A stretch of 64,000 nucleotides of DNA, taken from positions 19,034,001-19,098,000 of the forward strand of contig CM120642.1 of NCBI GenBank assembly GCA_051362555.1, read 5' to 3'. The notes under the pieces are model-generated. The model saw only the letters and a list, made by a program, of their open reading frames with translations. It was not told the origin of the DNA and did not search any database. The stretch is from Lingula anatina. Lineage: Eukaryota; Animalia; Brachiopoda. The position numbers and the translations under genes were made by a program. This document shows positions 34,501 to 49,438 of the stretch, piece after piece. Position 1 is the first letter of the stretch; the number at the start of each line of letters is the position of its first letter.

Positions 34501-37500
34501 TTTTCTGATTCCATTGACTGTTTTCTGTTGTTACGACTTTTTGAGTGGGTGTGAGTTTGTATATGTGCGCACAACGTTTTACGGCCCTCATTCTTATTTG
34601 TTATGTAAATATGATACATAGACGTATTTTTTTCTGATTTCATTATTTTTTCTCTGTTGTCGTGACTTTTTACGGCCCTCATTCTTATTTGTTATGTAAA
34701 TATGAAACACAGACGTGTTTTTTTTCTGATTTTATTGTTTTTTCTCTGTTGTCGTGACTCTGTGGTTGCGTGCGACGTTGTATATGTGCGCACGTTTGTT
34801 TTACGTCGCTTATTCTTCTTTGTTACGCTAAAATGATACATACGTTACCGATACATACGTTACCTTGAAGCGTGTAAATATTTATTCTATTTTCATTGGT
34901 TTTCTTTCGATTTGTGGGCCAACACTTATGTGTTTTATTTGTGTTTCATTAAAATAGTGTTGGCGCACAAAAGGAGAGACAACCAATGAAAATAGAATAA
35001 GAAATATTTACACCCTTCATGGTAACGTATGTATCATTTTAACGTAACAAAGAAGAATGAGCGACGTAATAACATGCGTGCGCACATACACAACGTCGCA
35101 CGCAACAACATAGTGGCGACAACATAGAACAAACAATGAAATCAGAAGACAGTGCCTTCACATTATTTGGTAACGTATGTATCGGTGACATATGTATCAT
35201 ATAAAAAATTTCAACAAACGGTTTCAAGACAAGTAATCTTTACTTGCCCTGCATGTCCTTCTTATTGATATGTTGTATACCGTAAGAATGAGGCGTTTGC
35301 TCACAAAACGGACAATAAACAATAAAAAATAAAAGTATTTACACGCCACATGGTAACTATTTTCATTGGTTTTCTTTCGATTTGTGGACCAACACTTATG
35401 TCTTAATGTTACATTAAAATGAATGAAAACGAGACAAATAAGATTTTTTGCCTTCAGATATTTGTGAAAATTGTTCATATGATACATGCGTTACCGATAT
35501 ACAAATGGCTGAATAATATGAAGGTGTTGTTTTCTGATTCCATTGATTGTTTTCTGTTGTCACAGCTTTGTTAGTGCGTGCGACTTTGTATATGTGCCCA
35601 CGTTTGTACGTCGTTCATTCTGTTTGTTACGTCAATATGATATATACGTTACCGATGACTGCGTTACCATGAAGCGTGTAAATATTTATTTATTCTATTT
35701 TTATTGGTTGTCTTTCGTTTTGGGGGCCAGCACTTAAGTTTTAATGCAACATTAAAATGAAAGAAAACGAGAAAAAAAAGATTTCTTGCCTTCATCTATC
35801 TGAGAAAATTTTCCATTTGATTCATACGTTACCGATATGTACGTGACCAAATAATATGAAAGTGTTATTTTCTGATTCCATTGACTGTTTTCTGTTGTCA
35901 CGACTTTGTGAGTGGGTGTGAGTTTGTATATGTGCGCACAACGTTTTACGGCCCTCATTCTTATTTGTTATGTAAATATGATACATAGACGTATTTTTTT
36001 CTGATTTCATTGTTTTTTCTCTGTTGTCGTGACTCTGTGGTTGCGTGCGACGTTGTATATTGCGGACGTTTGTTTTACGTCGCTTATTCTTCTTTGTTAC
36101 GCTAAAATGATACATACGTTACCGATACATACGTTACCTTGAAGCGTGTCAATATTTATTCTATTTTCATTGGTTTTCTTTTGCTTTGTGGGCCAACCCT
36201 TATGTGTTTTATTTTTTGTTTCATTAAAATAGTGTTGGCGCACAAAAGGAGAGACAACCAATGAAAATAGAATAAAAAATATTTACACCCTTCATGGTAA
36301 CGTATGTATCATTTTAACGTAACAAAGAAGAATGAGCGACGTAATAACATGCGTGCGCACATACACAACGTCGCACGCAACAACATAGTGGCGACAACAT
36401 AGAACAAACAATGAAATCAGAAGACAGTGCCTTCACATTATTTGGTAACGTATGTATCGGTGACATATGTATCATATAAAAAATTTCAACAAACGGTTTC
36501 AAGACAAGTTATCTTTACTTGCCCTGCATGTCCTTCTTATTGATATGTTGTATACCGTAAGAATGAGGCGTTTGCTCACAAAACGGACAACAAACAATAA
36601 AAAATAAAAGTATTTACACGCCACATGGTAACTATTTTCATTGGTTTTCTTTCGATTTGTGGGCCAACACTTATGTCTTAATGTTACATTAAAATGAATG
36701 AAAACGAGAAAAATAAGATTTTTTGCCTTCAGATATTTGTGAAAATTGTTCATATGATACATGCGTTACCGATATACAAATGGCTGAATAATATAAAGGT
36801 GTTGTTTTCTGATTCCATTGATTGTTTTCTGTTGTCACAGCTTTGTTAGTGCGTGCGACTTTGTATATGTGCCCACGTTTGTACGTCGTTCATTCTATTT
36901 GTTTCGTCAATATGATATATACGTTACCGATGACTGCGTTACCATGAAGCGTGTAAATATTTATTTATTCTATTTGTATTGGTTGTCTTTCGTTTTGGGG
37001 GCCAGCACTTAAGTTTTAATGCAACATTAAAATGAAAGAAAACGAGAAAAATAAGATTTCTTGCCTTCATCTATCTGAGAAAATTGTCCATTTGATTCAT
37101 ACGTTACCGATATGTACGTGACCAATTAATATGAAGGTGTTGTTTTCTGATTCCATTGACTGTTTTCTGTTGTCACGTCTTTGTGAGTGGGTGTGAGTTT
37201 GTATATGTGCGCACAACGTTTTACGGCCCTCATTCTTATTTGTTATGTAAATATGATACATAGACGTATTTTTTTCTGATTTCATTGTTTTTTCTCTGTT
37301 GTCGTGACTCTGTGGTTGCGTGCGACGTTGTATATTGCGGACGTTTGTTTTACGTCGCTTATTCTTCTTTGTTACGCTAAAATGATACATACGTTACCGA
37401 TACATACGTTACCATGAAGCGTGTAAATATTAATTCTATTTTCATGGTTTTCTTTCGATTTGTGGGCCAACACTTATGTCTTTTATTTGTTTTATTAAAA

Positions 37501-40500
37501 TAGAGTTGGCGCACAAAAGGAAAAACAACCAATGAAAATAGAATAAAAAAATATTCACAGGCTTTATGGTAACGTATGTATCATTTTCACGTAACAAAGA
37601 AGAATGAGCGACGTAATGACATGCGTGCGCACATTTACAACGTCGCACGCAACCACAGAGTCGCGACAAGAGAGAACAAACAATCAAATCAAAAAACAAT
37701 ACCTTCACATTATTTGGTAACGTGTGTGTCGGTGACGTATGTACCATATATACAATTTAAACAAGCGGTTTCAAGTCAAGTTACCTTTACTTGCCATGCT
37801 TTTCCTTCTTATTGTAATGTAGTATACCGTAGGAATGAGACGTTTGCTCACAAAACGGACAACAAACAATAAAAAATAAAAGTATTTACACGCCACATGG
37901 TAACTATTTTCATTGGTTGTCTTTTGTTTTGTACGCCAACACTTATGTCTTAATGTTACATTAAAATGAATGAAAACGAGACAAATAAGTTTTTTTGCCT
38001 TCAAATATTTGTGAAAATTGTTCATACATGTATGATACATGCGTTACCGATATACAAATGGCTGAATAATATGAAGGTGTTGTTTTCTGATTCCATTGAT
38101 TGTTTTCTGTTGTCACAGCTTTGTTAGTGCGTGCGACTTTGTATAATTGCGCACGTTTGTACGTCGTTCATTCTATTTGTTACGTCAATGTGATATATAC
38201 GTTACCGATACATACGTTACTTGAAGCGTGTTAATATTTATTTATTCTATTTTCATTGGATGTCTTTCGTTTTGTGGGCCAGCACTTATGTCTTAATGCT
38301 ACCTTGAAATGAATGGAAACGAGAAAAATAAGATTTCTTGCCTTCAACTATCTGTGAAAATTGTCCATTTGATTCATACGTTACCGATATGTACGTGACC
38401 AAATAATATGAAGGTGTTGTTTTCTGATTCCATTGACTGTTTTCTGTTGTTACGACTTTTTGAGTGGGTGTGAGTTTGTATATGTGCGCACAACGTTTTA
38501 CGGCCCTCATTCTTATTTGTTATGTAAATATGATACATAGACGTATTTTTTTCTGATTTCATTATTTTTTCTCTGTTGTCGTGACTTTTTACGGCCCTCA
38601 TTCTTATTTGTTATGTAAATATGAAACACAGACGTGTTTTTTTATGATTTTATTGTTTTTTCTCTGTTGTCGTGACTCTGTGGTTGCGTGCGACGTTGTA
38701 TATGTGCGCACGTTTGTTTTACGTCGCTTATTCTTCTTTGTTACGCTAAAATGATACATACGTTACCGATACATACGTTACCATGAAGCGTGTAAATATT
38801 TATTCTATTTTCATTGGTTTTCTTTCGATTTGTGGGCCAACACTTATGTCTTTTATTTGTGTTTTATTAAAATAGAGTTGGCGCACAAGAGGAAAGACAA
38901 CCAATGAAAATAGAATAAAAAAATATTCACAGGCTTTATGGTAACGTATGTATCATTTTCACGTAACAAAGAAGAATGAGCGACGTAATGACATGCGTGC
39001 GCACATTTACAACGTCGCACGCAACCACAGAGTCGCGACAAGAGAGAACAAACAATCAAATCAAAAAACAATACCTTCACATTATTTGGTAACGTATGTA
39101 TCGGTGACATATGTATCATAAAAAAAATTTCAACAAACGGTTTCAAGACAAGTTACCTTTACATGCCATGGTTTTCCTTCTTATTGTAATGTAGTATACC
39201 GTAGGAATGAGGCGTTTGCTCACAAAACGGACAACAAACAATAAAAAATAAAAGTATTTACACGCCACATGGTAACTATTTTCATTGGTTTTCTTTCGAT
39301 TTGTGGGCCAACACTTATGTCTTAATGTTACATTAAAATGAATGAAAACGAGACAAATAAGATTTTTTGCCTTCAGATATTTGTGAAAATTGTTCATATG
39401 ATACATGCGTTACCGATATACAAATGGCTGAATAATATGAAGGTGTTGTTTTCTGATTCCATTGATTGTTTTCTGTTGTCACAGCTTTGTTAGTGCGTGC
39501 GACTTTGTATATGTGCCCACGTTTGTACGTCGTTCATTCTGTTTGTTACGTCAATATGATATATAAGTTACCGATGACTGCGTTACCATGAAGCGTGTAA
39601 ATATTTATTTATTCTATTTGTATTGGTTGTCTTTCGTTTTGGGGGCCAGCACTTAAGTTTTAATGCAACATTAAAATGAAAGAAAACGAGAAAAATAAGA
39701 TTTCTTGCCTTCATCTATCTGAGAAAATTGTCTATTTGATTCATACGTTACCGATATGTACGTGACCAATTAATATGAAGGTGTTGTTTTCTGATTCCAT
39801 TGACTGTTTTCTGTTGTCACGTCTTTGTGAGTGGGTGTGAGTTTGTATATGTGCGCACAACGTTTTACGGCCCTCATTCTTATTTGTTATGTAAATATGA
39901 TACATAGACGTATTTTTTTCTGATTTCATTGTTTTTTCTCTGTTGTCGTGACTCTGTGGTTGCGTGCGACGTTGTATATTGCGGACGTTTGTTTTACGTC
40001 GCTTATTCTTCTTTGTTACGCTAAAATGATACATACGTTACCGATACATACGTTACCATGAAGCGTGTAAATATTTATTCTATTTTCATTGGTTTTCTTT
40101 CGATTTGTGGGCCAACACTTATGTCCTTTATTTGTGTTTTATTAAAATAGTGTTGGCGCACAAAAGGAAAGACAACCAATGAAAATAAAATAGAAAATAT
40201 TCACAGGCTTTATGGTAACGTATGTATCATTTTCACGTAATAAAGAAGAATGAGCGACGTAATGACATGCGTGTGCACATTTACAACGTCGCACGCAACA
40301 ACATAGTGGCGACAACATAGAACAAACAATGAAATCAGAAGACAGTGCCTTCACATTATTTGGTAACGTATGTATCGGTGACATATGTATCATATAAAAA
40401 ATTTCAACAAACGGTTTCAAGACAAGTAATCTTTACTTGCCCTGCATGTCCTTCTTATTGATATGTTGTATACCGTAAGAATGAGGCGATTGCTCACAAA

Positions 40501-43500
40501 ACGGACAACAAACAATAAAAAATAAAAGTATTTACACGCCACATGGTAACTATTTCTTTCGATTTGTGGGCCAACACTTATGTCTTAATGTTACATTAAA
40601 ATGAATGAAAACGAGACAAATAAAATTTTTTGCCTTCAGATATTTGTGAAAATTGTTCATATGATACATGCGTTACCATGAAGCGTGTAAATAACTACAT
40701 TAATAAATGACAATTTCAGTCATATGGACTTATCCTACTTAATTTGGAGCAAAAACAGAGCTTCGTTGTGCTTGTGAACATTTGGCTACATAAATTTATT
40801 TATTCTATTTGTATTGGTTGTCTTTCGTTTTGGGGGCCAGCACTTAAGTTTTAATGCAACATTAAAATGAAAGAAAACGAGAAAAATAAGATTTCTTGCC
40901 TTCAACTATCTGAGAAAATTTTCCATTTGATTCATACGTTACCGATATGTACGTGACCAAATAATATGAAGGTGTTGTTTTCTGATTCCATTGATTGTTT
41001 TCTGTTGTCACGACTTTGTGAGTGGGTGTGAGTTTGTAAGGCCTAACGTTTTACGGCCCTCATTCTTAGTTTTTTATGTAAATATGATACATAGACGTAT
41101 TTCTTATGATTTTATTGTTTTTTTTTTTCTGTTGTCGTGACTCTGTGGTTGCGTGCGACTGTGTATATGTGGGCACGTTTGTTTTAAGTCGCTTTTTCTT
41201 GTTTGTTACGCTAAAATGATACATACGTTACTGATACATACGTTACCATGAAGCGTGTAAATATTTATTCTATTTTCATTGGTTTCCTTTCGATTTGTGG
41301 GCCAACACTTATGTCTTTTATTTGTGTTTCATTAAAATAGAGTTGGCGCACAAATGGAAAGACAACCAATGAAAATATAATAAATATTTACACGCTTCAT
41401 GGTGGCAAGAATAAAGCTTACCTGAACTGATTGTTAATTATTGTGAGATGGCACGTACCAAACAGTGAAGTCAACCCGAAATAATGAGATCCAGCTTTTT
41501 AAATTAATTTTCTTTGATACTTTTAAGTATGAAGAAGGCTTTTGGTTTAGTTTGGAGGTTAGATTGTAAACTTTAACTATTTTTATCGTTTTTTATGACA
41601 CAGGTGCAGAGTTAATATCAAACAACGAAAGAGAAACATTTGTATCAAAATTAAGGCTTATTTCTTTAATAATATTTTGCGCGTGTTTATTTATAATTCT
41701 TCCTACTTTATGTGCTGCAGAACCGGGTGTAGATGGGAGAGATCCTGTATGCAAATATAGACTGAATAATATTAAAGATATGGCCTACAAAATGTTAATT
41801 ACTCAAAAGTCTTTTTGGAAAAAATGCATTCCATCCATAAACAAAGCAAATAGAAATATCAAGAGCTACTATAAAAATAAAGTCCAGTTGTGTTTATAGT
41901 ATGTACACAGCAATAACGGTTTAATGCCTAATAAATAAGTACGAGTAGTGTGCATTTGATCTTTCATAAATTCATTTATTCAACTCTATGTGAATTCAAT
42001 CAATTCATAGCTTAAATGTACGCGAAAGTTGCTTTCGTTACCGAACCTTTTTGGTAAAGTCACTTTTAAAAATCATTGTTGGCAAGTTTTTATACTTAAA
42101 ATCTCCGTATCAGAGTACAGTTTTCAAAGTAGAGTGAAGCCACCGCGCATTAAAGGTCAATTAACGCTTGGACGAACATTTTATTACGACCACACTCAGC
42201 TTCGATCTTTTTCTCAGCGAGCTAGGGTTAGGCTCTTTTGTTAGCAGAAAGTAAGACACGATAATTACCCGACGGGCTAGGGCATGGTACTATTGTTAAC
42301 AGAAACCAAACAGCGCATGGATGACAATGTTATTTCCATGGTTACCGCGCCAGGCTGTATGAACAACCCGCAGCGACCCGTAGAGTAAAGAAGGGGATTT
42401 TCCGGCGGGTCTGCGTGCATAGGGAGGCTAAGAAAAACAGAAATACAATAACAAAATGATATCAAAACAACACAGCTGCCTTTGCAAATTGTGCCAATCT
42501 TTCTCCGATTACGAACATTCTCGTCCGGTGTCTGTCTTTTGCAAAACGGAAAGCAAATGTTGGTGAGAGGAAATGTCTTGCATGCAACACGTTAACAAGC
42601 CAAAAATCATGATATAGAATTGCTGTGCGGATGGATGCCATGCTATTGCATTACGCAGTGACGTATTGGGTAGTCTATTCCTACTTTCTAACCGTAACAA
42701 CAGTTTGCAAGCTACTGTAATTTGATTCTTTTTTTTTTTTTTGTAAAACAGAAAACAACCTCAAAGACTCCTGTGAATTCATGCACACATAAATATATTT
42801 ACATTATAATGCTACTACACAACCTTCTTTTTCCCGATATGAAAAGTATATTAGCCAGAGATAGTTCTGTTCAGTATTGCACACGTTGACGCGTTGTAGC
42901 ATTTAAAATTGAGGAAGAGAGAGAGAGAGAGAAAGATCAATCCATGGCTTATATAGTAATTTCATGTTATTTTATGACATCCAATAGCATATTTATTATT
43001 TAGCGACGTAATGAATTAAAACCATTAAAAGTACATTTAGTTTCTCCTCAAGGGTAAAAACTACTTTTGTGATTATATCAAGTCACCCACCCTCACCTAA
43101 AACTGAAATACCAAATAAACGTTCAGCCTGAATTTTGTAATAATGATATAATTTTGTGGTCCATTTCATTATATTACATAACATTTGAAATTATGAAAGG
43201 TATACGATAAGAAAAAAATCTTTAAACAAAAGTGATAAAAATGTTATCTTACAATAGGCCCACTCAGACTCTCTAAACATCCCCAAAGTTTAAAACATAT
43301 GCATTTCCAGTAAAGTTACAAAAGAATAAACATTTGTCTCCTGTGTTCCGAATACCGAGGAATTATTTTGAAAGGCATGTACCAAATGTACTGTCCCATA
43401 TGGCATAATATACACCAGTTTTCCTCTATTGGTAGGCGAACACTACAGAATGTGATTGACAATTGGTGAATGTGACACCAGATTATAGATCTTTCACGCT

Positions 43501-43676
43501 CAACAAGACCCGGGCTATTCAGAGGGAGATCGGTATTCAAACACAACATAGTCATAAACACTGGAAACGAATTATATCCTGTGTTGCCGACCAAGAATAA
43601 AAACTGTGGGCCCAACGGACATATTTTAGAATGGATTTTATATGATGCCCACTGTAAAGTAAAGTTTCACTATCCT

Positions 43677-44425
43677 TCACGCTACAGTCGGTATTGGGAG
43701 ATTGAAACGCCAAGCGGTAAAGGCCAATAAGAGACAAAGTAAAAACGATGATCCGAACACCGTAGAATCGCTGGTGCATTTCTCTGCCTTTACTGGGACT
43801 GGTACATCGGTAGATTCGGGTCCACTGTGATCCGAAGTTGCACGATGTTGAGTCGTAGTTGCTTCCGGGACGCCACGCTCCTCTGTCGAATTCAACGCAA
43901 TAAAACTGGTATTCCCTTTGTCATTTACCGCCCCCAAGGGCTCAGTGGTATTGGCAGCGCTTTCAGGGGGGAGGGTTGTAATCTGTATATTTCTGAAATT
44001 CTCCAATCCTCGATCGCCTAGCATTTGAATGTATTCCATAAACTCTGGGACGGTCTGGTTGCTGGGGAGGTCGTCCATATTGCAATCCTCCTCGGATATT
44101 CCGGTGATAAAGATAAACTTGGCATCGTCTTCAGGGGGGAAAGAATCCATCCAGTCCTGGTAACTCCATGCGCAGTCACCGATTAAGTTTTGCGTTACGG
44201 ATGCCGGGTTTAATCGTATCCGCCCGCCTTGAATCGATGCAAGGATTCTGGCGTAGAAGACGTCCGTCACAACGAAAGGACAGTAGTAGGTATTCACTCC
44301 ATTCATAGGGGTGTTTTCATACTGGTTGTCGGCATCGTAGAACAAATACACGTGTTGATACCAGGTCAACATAATGGTGCAAAGAGGAATGTAGTACAAC
44401 ATATTGCTTGATTCTACTTGGCTAT
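43677..44425 (-). CDS. Large terminal exon of an uncharacterised cell-surface (probably GPI-anchored) protein; 5' exon(s) unresolved
   Basis: GC-richer open frame of ~249 codons after a TTTTCACTTCAG acceptor. Globular Cys/aromatic region, Ser/Thr/Pro-rich stalk, then small residues and a hydrophobic tail (SDSTVFGSSFLLCLLLAFTAW). Confidence 0.65.
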
Positions 44426-47400
44426 CTGAAGTGAAAATGAGAAATAGAACGAAATTATAAAATCTTGAATGATTCTGGCCAATTATACCTTGTATAAGTT
44501 TGACGTCTTTGAAAGCACGCAACATGGCGTTTACTGTTATAAAACTGTAGCCTTCGCTGCTGTGACAGATATTTTAATTTTTATAGCATGCCATCTGACA
44601 GTGCACTGAAATGTCGTGCAGTGGACGAGTCTTTACCCATCTCTTTGCAGAAATGAAACATTAAACGTCCAATATGTATTCAATAACGCAAAATGATAAA
44701 CAGTATATTGATGGTATGCAGAATACTACACCTAGACCACACATACATGTAGATATAAAATGGTGTTTGTGCTAAGATGCATGATAATGATGAAGCCAAC
44801 TTAAGAAAAAATTACTTGCATGTGATTCACAATATCTTGCTTGTTGTCCAGCCTGCTTCTACTTCCGTCACTTTTTCATCTCCAGTTTTCACACTTAGTC
44901 AGGAAAGTCCTAAATCCTTGCTGACAATTCACACTATCTTGTCCGTTGTAAGCCGCTACATGTATATTCGCCAGTAAATTGATTTCTGTTTGAGATCTAT
45001 TTGAGATTGTATATAAGAAACTAGAGGTCGGTTTGTTATAAACTACTTGAAGGTAGGACAGGGACGCCCTTCAATACTGTACATGTAATCCGAGTCATAA
45101 CGCTGCGCTCGGTATAAAAACATTCTGTACAAGGGCAAATTGGCTGGGCCGCGGGGTGGTGCACTTGCCGGGTTCAAGATGGAGGTCATATTTAAAATAT
45201 AGATAAATATTCTGCACCACATTCCATATGGGGATTTTAAGGAATGCATTTTTCGTGATTAAAGTTCATTTCTGTCTTGTAGCTTTCGTGTATCTTATAT
45301 TTGTCTTGATTAATATCTGAAAAAGGTTTGCTGAAAATAAAAAATACGAGGTCTAGCATGATGATTTTCATTGGTAAGCGATGGCGAATGGATTCAGTAG
45401 GGAATACCAAGAGTAAAATACTGGTTAACAAAATCGTACAATGTTCTGAATGAATGAATGAATGAATGAATGGGACAAATCCACATCAGTCTTTAATAAA
45501 AAAGTAACAGAAATTCGATATATTGAACTATTTCAAGGCAGCAAGTCGCATTCGTGTACTTACTCTTTGCCCTGTTTGGACATAAATAAATAAATAAGGA
45601 AAAAGAAAAGCAAAATATGTATCATTGATGGCAAAATAGAATCAGAATCAGAATCAGAAGTTTATTGACTATCGCCCTACATCCGGGCATGATCAAATAC
45701 AAATACAAGAAGTAATCCGCAGAGTGATTACCATATACAGTTTGATATACATTATATAATGTCTAGACTAAAAAATATGTATCATTGATGGAGGGTTTTT
45801 ACAACGTCCCCATATCTACATACACCTCTACAGAAAGAATATTCACAGATATTAGTCTGCAATTTTCTGATAAAATGACGTCATCCCCAAGCTGGTCTCT
45901 GGTGGATATTTTTTTGTAGTCCTCTTCCTCCTCTCCTCCCCTCCCCACCCCTCCCCACTTCCACTCGTCCTTCGTCCCCCCTTTTCCCCTCCCCGGCTTC
46001 GCCCCAGCACTGACCCATGATGCAATTATGTAATAGAGAATTCTATACCTTCGGCTGCAATACGAATAACACATGATCATTCAGTGTGGATTAACTCATG
46101 CTGCAGTTAACCTAAAGACGTGCAGTTTCCTCACATGTTCTGTGTCAAAATAAGTTTTAGTAGATATAATCTCCTTCAGGAAGGAATCAGCAGATTTTTT
46201 TAATTTAATGATTGAAGTATATCGTGACTACTACATGTAGTACTGGGATTTAATTTTTTACGAGAAAGTGTATTTGCTCGCGAGTGCTGTCAATCTACAT
46301 CGGGCAGCCCAGTATATTGAGGAAGAAATATCTGAGACCGTACCCCTTTAGCTACCCTCTACAATATATACCAGGACCCACAGAAAAATGCTTTTCACTA
46401 CATATTCACATATATTTCCCTGGCTAATTCTGTGCACAGTTCTGTCCAGCAAAAAAAAAAAAAGTTTAGAAGGTTTTAGCTGAAGATAAAAACAATGATA
46501 ACACGAAAAGTTGATATCTGAATAAAAGTTTCTATGTTACATTTTGATACATGATGAAGTGTTCTCACACTTAATTTAACTGCGATGTTTTGACTTTCTT
46601 TTCAGACATTATGCACTGGCAATAATTCAGTAGTCATTTCAGACCAAAGACGTGGGTTTTAGAGGTATAAATGATACCAGTGAATTAGCTTCAGGATGGA
46701 GAAAGTCACGATCTTACTGTTCTGGCACGCAAGAGCGTGTGCGCACCATTGCACATCGCGCACGACACAAAATTGTTGACCTTTCACTCTTTATCCGAGG
46801 CCAAATTTATTTATTTATTTATTTCAAATTCTAGATAATACAAAAAATGCACATATCTAGCGAATAGCCAGAAAATATTTTTGAATATCTAGTGTCCTGG
46901 TATAATAATAATGATGTTACACGAGTACAACGAATCCATTTTTAGAAACACTTGATATTTGCTTCACATAATTTGGTTTATCCAGATGTTTATTATCGAC
47001 AATTAAATGTGAAAATATTAAAATATCATTCATATTTTCATTATGTAAACATAATTAGTTTACTTCTTGAATGGTGCAGTCTTTTTCTCGTTGTTGTTGT
47101 TTGTTTTTCTTCACCTTTATTTTTTTCTTCTTTCCCTTGTCTCCTTACTGCTCGTCCAACATGAAATCGGGTAGCTTTCACTACAAGCAAATTTCCACTT
47201 GGCGTATTTTACCGAGTTCTACTAATTTGGAAATGTCGTGTCAGGCGCGTTTCATGTGTTGTTACTGATAACAAGGTCATTAAAAGCAAGAAGTTATCTC
47301 TTTATAAGTGATGTCATTCTGTAAGCCATTTTAGAGCCGAACGATGTGACAGAAATTGTAGTCCGCTAGGGACTGTAGTCTGTTCCCTTTTTCTTTCATT

Positions 47401-49438
47401 CGTCCCATATACTAACCTCAATACTACGACTAACCCTAACCTGTACTAATCACATGGGACCCCGAACAGCCATTCCTAGGACTACATGTTCCGTTCCTGT
47501 CACTCAGGCTTCCCCTCTGCTTATTAATGATATTAGCTTCCATTTTAACAAAACGATTATGACCTATAGCTAAAAAGCTTGCTTACAATGCACACGTTAA
47601 ATTATCAATTAAAAACATGTTGACAAGTCATTCATTTGATTTTCACTCTGTGATATACAAAAAATATAGCATCAATTTAAATAAATAATAATTTCTGTAA
47701 AAATTTGCTCTTTCGGGAGCAGTTTTGACTATTTCTACTGTATTTTTACCCATTTAGTATCGGATTTCGAACTCTTTCATTTTACCATTACTGAAATATC
47801 ATGAATCACGGTTAGCTCTTTCTACCGGCATTGTTCGCAACTATCATAACTAAAAGCTAAGATGAACTGAATACACAATAGGCATAACGTATACAGTCCA
47901 TTTAGACACTGTAAATAAAGGTGTTGTGGATCAATCGCAAGGGAGTCTAACGATATTGCCATTAAGACGTAGCCATTGATTTGGTTATTGATCTTGATTG
48001 AGAGATTAAAAGACTCAGTTAATGATATTGGATCCTTATTGTTTCACTTCGCGCCCCAGGTCCGTATGTAAGCATTTAAAGAGTCAGAGAGGCATGTAAA
48101 AACTGAAAGAATATATACCATAAACATGTACATGTAATACTCGTACATGTACATGTACTAGTACTAGTACTTACCCCAGTGCAGGTATCTTATGGCTATT
48201 ATGGAATTGATTTTATTTTGAGGTAACTGAAATGCAACTTCCAAGTGAAGGTAGTAGTAAATTTGTTATTAATTTTTATACCCTAATCTAAATGTATCAA
48301 TTTTTGGTCGTGACTAATACACAATCGTCATTAAATATGATAGTCCGACGAAGTTGAGAAGTAAAATACGGTAGGCTTACTCGGCATTTAGAGGGCATAT
48401 TTTCCCGTACATTCATATCTTATAAACCTACAGTACAGTATTTCTTCACTTTTAATGACATTTCCTCGATCGCGTTTTAAATACTGCGGACCATTATCAC
48501 CGCTCAGGTGAAAATCATAATACACACAACAGCGTGACGTCAGTGCCGCTCTCCCCCCTCCTTCAAACTATTATTATCCCTACAACAAAGATGTCCGTTT
48601 TGCCTGAATAGCACAATACTGTCTTGTTGCTGTTTACTCTTTTGTTCCCCCTTAGCAACCGGTTTGGTTATTCAGTTCGGTCCTCCATTTTATTTCTCGT
48701 AATATGAAATAAACGTCGACTTCCAGAGATTATAGCAGACTGTTAATGGAGTATATAGGGGATAATTAAAACGCAAAGGTAATGACTCTCTGATTATAAG
48801 ATTAATAGGTAGGGTAGGTTACAGGTGACGACTTACAGCGATTCTAATCAAAATAACCCATTGCGATCGATTTCACATTTGGAAGTGTTCAGATCGTTGA
48901 CAATTTATTGATCTAAATGAAGCCAAAAGATTATCTCAGATTATTGTTATTAAATCTCTACACAGGCTTCTATATTAAGTGGTGTTTTAAGTGGATATAA
49001 ATAGGGGTCGAAAAAAGAGTTTGATATTGACTTGATGGGTCCAAGCAAGGAAGTAACTGGATACTTACTACTTCCTTGGTCCCAAATGCATTGAGTACAA
49101 GTAGCAATAGTGTGTAGCACACTGTTTAAAGGTGACACATCAAATCTCATAATAAACATTCACATCTTGTAAAAATAGCAGTCCAACGTGGTGCACAAGC
49201 GAGAATATTAATCTACAAATTCCCATTGTTTCCTCAATTGATTAACACATCTGCCTCAGAGAACTATACGCGTATATAGATAGCATAGACGGCTAAATAT
49301 TTGTCATGATTGAATAGTCACATATATTCGTATTTAAATTTGTAAACACCCATGTTAGGAGTTAGTAGTAAATGTATTTGCACATTGATTTTCCCTACTA
49401 GTATGTTCTTTGACTATTTCCAGAATATCAACATCAAC

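Larger units (their letters stand above)
25700..41403. repeat. Complex higher-order satellite: ~0.3-kb related subunits, ~1.27-kb unit containing an inverted subunit, ~3.92-kb super-period
   Basis: The motif tacgttaccgatacatacgttacc.tgaagcgtgtaaatattt recurs on both strands. Equivalent spurious ORFs are spaced 1275 bp (35822/37097) and ~3920 bp (33176/37097, 34367/38286, 35822/39741). Confidence 0.93.

Noticed and set aside
25527-40420. Many repeated 60-105 aa ORFs (MYHFSVTKK..., MKPFVEIF..., MRAVKRC...)
   Set aside because: These are translations of satellite units. They overlap on both strands, frameshift between copies and show no domain or splice logic.
42180-42450. GC-richer patch with an RFX X-box-like TTTCCATGGTTAC, possible promoter
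   Set aside because: Imperfect motif, and no associated exon could be supported.
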